DNA of 64,000 nucleotides from the human T2T-CHM13v2.0 reference genome, Homo sapiens: NCBI RefSeq assembly GCF_009914755.1, contig NC_060929.1; one strand, given 5' to 3'. Position numbers and translations under genes: made by a program. Below, piece after piece: positions 53,320 through 64,000 of this stretch. Numbering within the stretch: the first letter of the stretch is position 1; each line of letters opens with the position of its first letter. The notes under the pieces were generated by a model, which was not told the origin of the DNA, ran no database searches, and worked only from the letters and a program-made list of their open reading frames with translations.

Positions 53320-53659
53320 TATATTTGTCCATTTTCACACTGCTTTAAGCATACTACCTGAGACTGGGTAATTTATAAAGAAAAGAGGTTTAATTGACTC
53401 ACAGTTCCACATGACTGGGTAGGCCTCAGGAAACTTACAATCACAGTTGAAGGGGAAGCAGAGACGTCTTACATGGTGGCAGGTGAGAGTGAGGTGGAGA
53501 AGAGCCCCTTTTAAAACCATCAGATCTCGTGAAAACTTACTCACTATCACGAGAACAGCATGGGGAAACCGCCCCCCGACCAAGTTCCTTCCTCCACAGA
53601 TTATAAGGATTACAATTCGAGATGGGATTTGGGTGGGGACATACAGCCAAACCATATCA
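53320..53659 (-). mobile_element. THE1 (THE1C/D-like) solo LTR
   Basis: gagactgggtaatttataaagaaaagaggtttaattgactcacagttccacatg...cagccaaaccatatca; TSD taatg/tgatg. Confidence 0.92.
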
Positions 53660-54829
53660 TGATGTCTCCCAGAAACTGCTTTACAGGACAAAAGGAATAA
53701 AGAAGCCAAACACCTGAATCTCTTACTGCCTAGGGATGAGGGAATATAATTTCAATAAAATGTAAATTTTAGATACATCAAGCAGTGCTACTTTATTTGA
53801 TATTAGAATTAGTAATATAGCATGCTCACTATTTGTGGCTGATCGAAATGTAGCCAAGTCAAATCACCATTAAATTATAAGCTTTCCTAAAAACTTTTAA
53901 TTAATGATAATCCCTGATTTTCAACCCTCCCATATTAATTATTGTGTATGTTTTTTGTTTGTCAATCATATATGACTGTGGAATCAATAACAACAATACA
54001 TCAAAGTTTAATTTTTAAAATATCTTTATAATTTTAAACAGTTATGTTTCCCAAACTTTATCTTAAGCTCCAAGTGAGTAAAATTAGTAATTCAAATTTT
54101 ATTTCCCACTAAATCTTAGAAATTATATGTTTTTAAATTTATATGAAATATCTGCTTAAATTCTCCAAGTAAAAGTGGCAAGAGTCTACACTAAATCAGT
54201 GCCCATGTGAAAACAGAGGTTCTAAGTAAGAGAAATATAGGAAGTAGAATTGTAAGACTTGATGACTGACTACTTAACGCAAGACTGAGAGATATGAGAT
54301 AGTTGATAAGAATTCATAGTTTTTAGTTTGAGTTACTGAATAGTCAGGGCCCTATTTAACATAGGTAATATAAAATGAGGATGTTTTGTTTTGGGTAGGA
54401 GGTGCATGTTTTCTCGGTACTTCTTAAAAGGCAGGCATTATCAAGCAATTTATATCTTCATAATAAGCCTAATATCATTATTCACTCTTGAAACATGGCA
54501 AAAATGAGACTCAGAATCCAATATCACTACATAAATGACTAATTCAAACCAGATGGTTTGATTACAGAGCTACTGCTCTTAACTCTTACTTTCCCTCAGT
54601 TGCTGCATCTGTTAATTGAAAATTAAATATAGTATAAAGCAGCTATGTGATCTGAACTATGTAGTAATTAATGTATGTTCTACACACTAATTTTTATACT
54701 TGTGAATAACTGAGAATTTTGAAAAATGTATTTAGAAAATCTTTGAAGACTACTTAATGAAGTACAATAGCAGTGACCTTTTAATTTATCAAACAGATTC
54801 ACCTGTTTTCTAACACAGGCAAACATCTA

Positions 54830-54932
54830 CAAGACTCAGCCTTAAGTGCCTAGCAATTAGCAGAATGACTGGCACATGGTAAACACCTAATTTTTATTGA
54901 ACAGACAATGAATGAGTTAATGAATGAATGAA
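54830..54932 (+). mobile_element. L2 3' end
   Basis: cagaatgactggcacatggtaaacac...tgaatgaatga. Confidence 0.6.
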
Positions 54933-57641
54933 AAAGTGACATAGGAGTGAATAGAAAGGATTATTACTTTACTACCTTATACTTTAGTTCTCTTAAAAGT
55001 AGAAATAGTAACATTAATAACAGATATTTATTATAAGAGTAAGTTGATTATATGTGTTTAATAATCTGTTACATAACATCTATACTTGTATGACTTAGCA
55101 TTATTGTTAGTACAATAATTAAGGGTAAAATTAGTGAGATGCTTTTTATAGGTGTGTTAGAGTTCAAGCTAGAAGATATAAAAACACATTGGATTAATGA
55201 TGATTGGTTTCCCCATGATACTTTTTTCCTCCTTTGATTTCATCATTAACAACAGGAGGGCTGTGAATTGTAAGAAATGATGTAATTGTTAGAAGCTAAT
55301 TTTAACCACAGATCTGTATGAATGTGTATTTACATAAATATAAGATTTTGTAATAAATTGCTTTTGCATGCTATACAATCTCGTAAGAAAATTCCGAATA
55401 TTATTTAGTATAGCATAAATAAGATTTTGTATTTCCATTTTCAGAGAAAAATTTATAACAAAACTTAATTTCTTATCAAGTAATAAGAGTAATAGTATTT
55501 CTTAGCAAATAGTCAAGATTTGTTACAGTCTCCAAAGATGAAAAAAAAATTGAAGCAATCTGCAGGCAAATAACTGAGATAAATTTATAGGAACTTTGAA
55601 GTTAAATGAATATACAACAGCAAATTAATATCCCATGGATTAAGAGAGACATCACAGAGACAAGATATTTCGAATCTACTAGTTTTATTAACTTATCTTT
55701 TCTGAAAACTGAAGCATCAGCAAAAGCCACTTAATGATAATGGAAATGAGAGGGAGAAGCCTAATATGTAATCACTTTTAACAGATGTAAACTCTAGTGT
55801 GGCTGTGCTTGGAGATTACCATCATAACAAAATAATTGAAATGTGTTTATTTTTAAAAGGTAATTGTTTATTTTACATACAGAATTGCCATTTGCTTTAA
55901 GCTATTTACTCTTAAAGGACAACAATTTTGGCCTTTTAATTTTTCTTCGGTTAGTAAATACTAATCTGCCAATATTTCTGTTTTTAAAAGTATACCTTTT
56001 TTAAAAACTTATATTACATTAAACTTTTTAATATTCCTCTTTAAAATTGGCAGTAGAAGTTCAAAATTAAACTGCTTATTACTCCAGAGAGCAGGTTATT
56101 TTTCTGCTCATGGCAAGAGAAGTCTAATGATTCTTTTCTGGCATTTTTCAAGGTACAGACTCTATAATTGCATGGTGAATGGTGACATCTGATCTCTGAC
56201 CTAAGAGAAACATATTTGCATCATTTATAAGAGATGCAGATGACAGGTCATGTCTGTTACATTTGACCCTTTCTTCCAATTTTTAAGCCTATGCCAGGTT
56301 TAGAAAGGAATACATAAAAAGAACACAAAACAGAGAGTTTGGAGCAAGGAATTATTGCTGGATTCGCAAAGTACAATATATAATCCATTCCCTAATTGGA
56401 ATAAATTGGACCAAAGTTCACACACCTTTTGAATAAACATACTTTAGGTTACAACAGAAGCTGGACATTTTCCAAAACTGTTTTGTCTTTAGGTGTCAAA
56501 ATCAACTGAATCTGTGATTTTGATTGAAATCTTAAGAAAACTAATTTATTCCCATAAGATTGATATTTGGATATCATTTGGTTTCAAACATGAAGAAAAT
56601 TTTGTTACACAAATTGACATAGATACAATTTTTAAAATTATCTTTTATTATACAATTTCATATTATAACTAAGACGTTTACCTTGTTAAATATTACTCCC
56701 TTGAATAATTAAAATCTACAGTTTTTTGATATTTCCAGATACATAGCTACCTATTTTCATTACTCCTTAGCTTTACCATGTCAACCATTACATTCCATAA
56801 ATTCTTCATCAAATATAGGTGCTAAGTTATCTGGTTTCTATTTATTTCACTAATTTAAGCTGTAATGACTTCATTGTCACAGTTAAGGATGACATCCTCC
56901 TTTCAAATTCGATGGATGTAATAATATAATAACACAGGTTGATAGTGTTATTTTTCATCTCATCAGTGTTTTGGCATGACCAAATATATCTAATATTAAA
57001 TGTGAAATTTAGGAGATTGTAATTTGTAAGCACTCTACACAAACTCCATGAAATTCCTCATTTACTGTACACTTGCCTGCCTCCAAGCAATTACAGTTTC
57101 CTAATGCCTGAAATGGAAATTATTTTGACTCTTTTTCCCATAAATATCCTTTATCCTTCCTCCAGAACTGTGCCCAAAAGTCTTTGGAAATTTCAGAATA
57201 TTTCAATTTATGTTATTACAAAGAGTATAATTATTCATAATTTGATTTCTGTTTTTCCAGTGACTTTTGAATCTCAGTGTGCCCATAATAACAATTAAAA
57301 ATGTGTGAAGACCATTGATTAATGTTCTGAATTAATTAATGATGTTTCTATAAATGATTTTGAATTTCACATGTTGCAATACTTTGTAGTACATTCTGTA
57401 CTTTGTATACTGAAATTTAAAAATGAATTTGTTTTCATAAACATTGTTTTAATTAGAATTTTGAATAAGTACATTTAATTATTTTTACTGTTTAGACAAA
57501 ACTTTGGAATTAGTTTAAGTCATATACAGTTGATCATTGACTTAGTTTAAGTTTGGAATTAGTTTAAGTCATATATAGTTGATCATATATAGTTGATCAT
57601 CTACAAATATATATTAACATTTTATATTTCACGTTAGTTGG

Positions 57642-58420
<779 letters not shown>

Positions 58421-59058
58421 AATTAAAAACATTTGGTAAAACTTCATTAATAAATTTGTCAATTTCATATATAAATGCATTAGCAAACATTATTGGTGGC
58501 ATTTAATAAACACCTATGAACTGACTAAAGAAAAGCATAGATTGCAGATGCTAAAGGGTTAGTTTAGTGGAAGCTTAAAAAACTAAAACTATAATACAAT
58601 CAAGCATTTGTTAACATCAGCGGATATTGGTAAGGATAGCATTTAAAATAAGTTTTAGAATCATAATATCTGTATTTATTAATTCCAAATATTTTCTGTG
58701 CTAGTATGCTTCATGATATTTCATGATGACCTACTATGTAGCATTTCAAACTTTGATTCTTAAGCACTTTTTTGTTTTGTTTTGTTTTGTTTTCAGCAAA
58801 AAAGCTATCACACTTGGCATAGCATACAGCTGAATATGAACTAGAAATGCTTATATAGATTATACGTGCTAAAAGCAATTCTTAACATTACATGGGTAAA
58901 AACTTTGATGAATGTATAATATTATATGGGCCTAGACAGGCTAATAGTATTATTGCCTAAAAATCATTATTCTTCTAAATTTTCTTTAGTTACCCCTATC
59001 ATGGTAACAATCCTAAAAATTTTCGTACAAACTACTGTGAAAAGGAGAATCTTCCCCA

Positions 59059-59061
<3 letters not shown>

Positions 59062-59106
<45 letters not shown>

Positions 59107-59432
59107 TTTTTTTTGAGACAGAGTCTCACTCCATTGTCCAGGCTGGAGTACAGTGGCTTGATTTTGGCTCACTGAAGCCTCTGCCTCCTGGGTTCCAGTG
59201 ATTCTCCTGCCTCAGCCTCCCAGGTAGCTGGGATTACAGGCACCCACCACCATACCGGGCTAATTTTTGTGTTTTTAGTAGAGATGGAGTTTCACCATGT
59301 TGGCCAGGCTGGTCTCGAACCCCTGACCTCAGGTGATATGCCTGCCTCGGCCTCCAAAAGTGCTAGTATTACACGCATGAGCTACCGCTCCCGAAAGTGC
59401 TAGGATTACAGGCATGAGCCACCGCGCTGACC
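59062..59432 (-). mobile_element. AluS (Sx-like) with (TA)n+T tail and a 36-bp tandem duplication near its 5' end
   Basis: cctgacctcaggtgat; aaagtgctag...accgc present twice. Confidence 0.9.
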
Positions 59433-61377
59433 CATACTTCTTACTAAACTTCTTTAGCCATTAGGTAGCACTAGTTCCTTCCTCTTTGTACAATTTTTCA
59501 CAAAGAGTCACATACATGAGATAAGAAATTGATGAATTAAATTCTGTTATAATGTCATTCATGTGGGGAGCAGCAGAATACCATCAAAAATAAAAAGTAG
59601 AAACAAGAGATAATAAAATATGGATTCCACTGGGTTTTTCAGTATTACAAAATTTTGAAAAAATCTAATCTAGTGAACATAGCATGTCTTCAATTTCTAG
59701 GGAATTTTCAGAATACATTTATACTTGTTGGATAAGTAAGAATGAGAGAAATCCATATTTTATAACTGAAACCATATTTATGTTTTAATAAAAATAAAGG
59801 GAGAGGCCACATTTATTATTGCATATTATTAAAAATTTTATATTATTGGCAATCAAGTTGACATCTCAAATTTGAGTATATAAAACAATTTAAAGGACCA
59901 TATGCAATACACTTAGTAATAACTTTAAAATAATATTTTTCTTTTTTATAATTATCAAAAAATCCTTGAAGAACGTTTGGAATACTGAAAAAATTGGAAG
60001 AAAGAAAAAAACTCTATACTTCTTCCTTGTATAATCACTTTTATCATTGTGTTTCCAATTTTTTTCTTCTTAATATTCTTTTATATGGAGAATTTTATGT
60101 CAGAATTAGTACGTTAAAAGCTTCTAGCAATGTTAAAAATAGCTTTCATGTTTGCAAAATTTCTTTGAAATATAGTGTGAGAAGCTTGGTTCATAATACT
60201 TCCCTTTCTACATAATTTTCCTAAAAATAATATTTTAATAAATATGTGTAGATATTGTACCATATTGAAAAGTATTACTATCATATATGTCTCCGTTATT
60301 TATATTTTTAAAACTTATGTTGGTATATTGTCAATTAAGTGTAAATAGAATTTTCTACGGAGTTTTTGTTAATCACATAACCAATAAAATTCTAATTGTG
60401 GGCAATTACTTAATAAATAGGAAATATAATATGCCATGTATAGAATATAAAATGATCAGCTTTTGGGCAAGCACACCAGCAACTTAGACAGTATCATAAA
60501 TATTTTTAGATACAAAATATGTAAATTAAACTTAATAATGTAAAAATATTTCTGGTCAATATTTATTTAAGTATGGTTGCTCTACTAGCAAAAGAATAAA
60601 ATCATTGCTAGTAAATGGCAGCTGTCAAAAGCCACTGTGGTTTTTAAACACTTTTTTCTGATAATATTTGACAAATTCCAGTTATGTAATGGCAGCATAA
60701 TGTAATACCATCCCCACTTTTTAGTATAGAAGTCTAGGTAATACCCTCTTTATTCTTCTACAGGGGAGGACTGGACTGGCTGGTTGATTGTCGAAGAATT
60801 TAAGTGACATCAGGGGGTCTTACATCCAATGTATTGTTTGGAAATGGATATGCAAGAGAACAAAAACCTCAGACCATGTATCCTGCTCAGAGCATTTTCT
60901 TACAGCTCCTGACAATAGCTTCTTATAGCAGACAGAATTTCATTCATTGAGTTACAACGGCATGCCTCTAGGAGAAGGATTTGGAAAAGAAGATCTCATG
61001 ATATAGATGCCAACAACTTGCTTAGATATCCTCTCACAGAAAATTGAAAAGCTATGTTCTCTTACTTTAAGTTAAAATATGAATATTTTATCATATTACT
61101 ATAAGTTGAAATATCTCTAGATAATATAACTTGGATTTTTTGTAAATGTTGACATTTACAAAATGTTGAAACACAACTTCTTAAAATGCATGTTATAAAA
61201 TTTATATAATAGTTATTTGACACCCAAAATTGTATAATAATTATAAATATATTTGTATATATATATATCACCCTATCATACTTTTCTATAATGAAAATAT
61301 TTTTATCAATTAAAATAATTGTTCAAATTTCCTGTAACTCAAGTAAACACGAAAAATTTCAGCATTTTTGGTCATAT

Positions 61378-62956
61378 TGATGGCAGCGGCAGCCTGTCTC
61401 CAGCAGCTACAGCTAAGATGACGACTGCAGTGAGGGAGGCGCAGCTGGGCCTGCCGTGCTCCACGGAGCCAGCTGGAGCTGGGAACGGGCAGAAGCCACA
61501 CCCACTTCCAAGTAGGAGTAGCAGGAGCCCCACCCTACTGGACACAACTGCAGCTGCCTAACCATGGCTGCAGACCCAGGCATCTCTGCATTCCCGAGGG
61601 CCCAGTAAATTCCCCTCCCCTGCAGGCTTGGAAGTGCCTACTCCTACTGCCTAGCCTCTCCCTGCTCCTGGCGCCTGCTCTGATTTTGGAACAAAGTTGT
61701 GGACGAGGCTGGACGCTGATATGACACAGCTGGGTGTGTGCAGCTTGGGGCAGCACTGACATGCCAACCCCTGCCGCCTGGGACCCCATCAGACTTTGGG
61801 CACTGACAAGCATGGGAAGGAGGCCGAGTGGGGTCTAGGGGCAGCTCTGCGTGGGTCTGCAGGCGCCCCTCAGCACAAACAGCCTGGGGGCCCTGAGCAC
61901 AATAGATGGCAGATTAATGGCGGCAGTAGGCAGACAGCCTCCTGGCCAGAAAGGGGCGGGTTCCCAGTGAAACCCCACCTTCCAGCAAGGGGGCCTGAGG
62001 CCTTGGGGCCAGGCTGCCAGTTCCATGGACTGGAGTGAGAGCTTATGGTGCTTTTTCCAGGCCTGCCCATTGCTGCCCATGGACCAATCAGCACACATTT
62101 TCTCCCCTCTGAAACCCATAAAAACCCCTGGACTCAGCCAGACTTGGGCAGTGGACAAGATGACCTGTCTGCAGATAGGAGCTACCTACTGTGGGTATCC
62201 TCTCTGCTGAGAGCTGAACACTTGGGATGCCCTGCCTGCAGAGAGGAGCTACCCACTGTAGGTCTCCTCTCTGCTGAGAGCTGGAGTCTCATCAGAATGA
62301 TCTGCCTGCAGAGAGGAGCTACCCCTGTAGGTCTCCTCTGAGCTGTTCTGTCACTCAATAAAGCACCTCTTCACCTTCTCACCCTCCACTCGTCTGCATA
62401 CCTCATTCTTTCTGGACCTGGGACAAGAACTCAGGCCCCGCTGAATGGTGGGGCTGAAAGGGCTGTAACACAAACAGGGCTGAAACACATCCCTTACTCC
62501 CCATTTTGCAGACGATGAGAGGAAGAGAAGAGGAGAGAAGAGCTGTGGCCCTTTGGGTATCCCAAACCAGGGTTGTGACACTCTTTTGGGCTCTGTAGTT
62601 CCTGGCGTCTCCAAGCTTCCAGGTGCCACCACATTCCCCTGTGCTAGCCGTGGAAGCTGCTTGTGGTAAACATGGTCCAGCCGTAGTATGGAAGGGAGCC
62701 GACACCCATGCCGGTGCCTGAAGCTGTCTGCCCCACCGCAGCAGTGGCCGGACCCCATGCTCCTTCGTTCACACACCACTCGTCCCTCCGTACGTGGCTC
62801 ACCCTTGGCAGGCATGCGATAGAGCAGGCTAAGTGTAGCCTGCCAGGCTGAGTGGGTGGAATGAACCCAGCAGCCCGAGCAAAACTCAGGCAAAGGAGCC
62901 AACGGCCACAGAGATTTCCAGCTGGAAAAAAGCAACATCTCAAGGATCCTGTGACA
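61378..62956 (+). mobile_element. MER52-family solo LTR (ERV1), ~1.58 kb
   Basis: tgatggcagcggc...gatcctgtgaca ends; 4-bp TSD atat; GC-rich; three internal ~70 bp repeats at ~62163-62345. Confidence 0.88.
62084..62124 (+). promoter_or_regulatory. LTR core promoter motifs: CCAAT (62084-62088) and TATA-like cataaaaa (62117-62124)
   Basis: Motif order typical of an ERV1 U3; AATAAA downstream at 62357-62362; activity not shown. Confidence 0.55.
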
Positions 62957-63126
62957 ATATTTAATATTAAAATATAATCATGAATATGAACACACTACAT
63001 TAAAAGTAATTATTTATAATAAGTAACTTCTTAACTGGAAAAAATTTATGAGATTAAAATAGGTTTTTTCAATCAATTTACATATCCATGAATATAAATT
63101 TACTTATTTTTAGAATGAGACAACCT

Positions 63127-63450
63127 GTGATAGTTAGAATCCAACCAGAGAAACAGACCCAACAGAAGATATATATTAGGAGATTAAATGCAAATCTTTG
63201 ATTTAAATGATTGTGGGGGCTGGCTCAGCAGACTAAATTGTATAGGGCAGTCTGTCAGGAATGATCTCCTGGGACTATTTGGTAGAACATACAGCTATCA
63301 ATGCGCAACATTTCTTCTTTAGGGAAGCCTCAGCTCTGTTTTTACAGCCTTTCAGTTTATTGAATCAAGTCCACCAGATTATGTAGAATAATCTGCTTTA
63401 AAGAAACAGGTTATGGACTTTATTCACATCTACAAAATACCTTCAAAGCA
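63127..63450 (-). mobile_element. MLT2 (D/E-like) LTR fragment
   Basis: ccagagaaacagaccc start; ggactttattcacatctacaaaataccttca. Confidence 0.7.
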
Positions 63451-64000
63451 GAGGACATCAAAAAATGGAAAGATTCTCCATGTTAATGGAGTAGAACAAT
63501 CAATATTGTTAAAATATTCATACTACACAAAGCAAACTCCAGATTCAATGAAATTCCTATCAAAATAACAACTACATTCTTCACAGAAATAGGAAAAGCA
63601 ATTCTAAAATTTATATGAAACCACCAGAGACCCAAAATCACCAAAGATATCCTAAGCAAAATAGTAAAACTGGAGGAGTCACATTACCCGATTTAAAATT
63701 ATACTACAGAGCTATAGTAACCAAAACAGTATGATACTGGCATAAAAAAAGACACATAGACCAATGGAACAGAATAGAGAGCCCCAAAACAAATCCACGC
63801 ACCTACAGTGAACTCATTTTCAACAAAGTTGCCAAGAACATACACTGGGAAACAGACAGTCTCTTCAATAAAGGTTGTTGGGAAAACTCAATATCCATAT
63901 GCAAAAGAATAAACCTAGACCCCTATATCTTACCATATACAAAAATCAAATCAAAATTGATTAAACACTTAAATCTAAGACCTCAAACTATGACACTACT
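63451..64000 (+). mobile_element. L1MA-like ORF2 fragment continuing past window end
   Basis: aaatggaaagattctccatgtt...ccaatggaacagaatagagagccc. Confidence 0.85.

Noticed and set aside
60744-60900. Strong acceptor-like ccctctttattcttctacag|g
   Set aside because: No convincing downstream donor or recognisable reading frame.
62163-62345. Three spaced repeats resembling a CRISPR array
   Set aside because: These are imperfect tandem units internal to the LTR, in a primate genome with no cas genes.
61310-62943. Dense overlapping ORFs up to 195 aa
   Set aside because: They overlap the GC-rich MER52 LTR, where stop codons are scarce; no recognisable protein.

Overview
This window is AT-rich primate genomic DNA, very probably human because it carries an AluYd8-type insertion. 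It looks like a gene desert or deep intron, dominated by transposable elements. I found no convincing cellular protein-coding exon, RNA gene or CRISPR array; the ORFs I can assign are L1, Alu or LTR remnants and the rest look like chance ORFs. Contents: several LINE-1 copies (L1PA, L1PB, L1MA, L1MB/ME, L1MC), nine Alus, LTRs (MER52, THE1, MST, MLT1, MLT2, LTR47/MER76/MER34-like), hAT MITEs and MIR/L2 relics. The notable signals are structural. (1) A tail-less, TSD-flanked L1PA carries about 456 bp of captured foreign DNA whose end is antisense to the adjacent L1 sequence. (2) An L1 has a twin-priming 5' inversion. (3) A full-span L1PB lacks ORF1. (4) An L1 insertion appears to have caused a deletion and carries a mini-transduction. 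(5) There is a ~290 bp AT-rich palindrome. (6) One Alu has a strand-coordinated G>A cluster. (7) Several small template-switch scars are present. Subfamily names come from my recall of consensus sequences, not from a database search.
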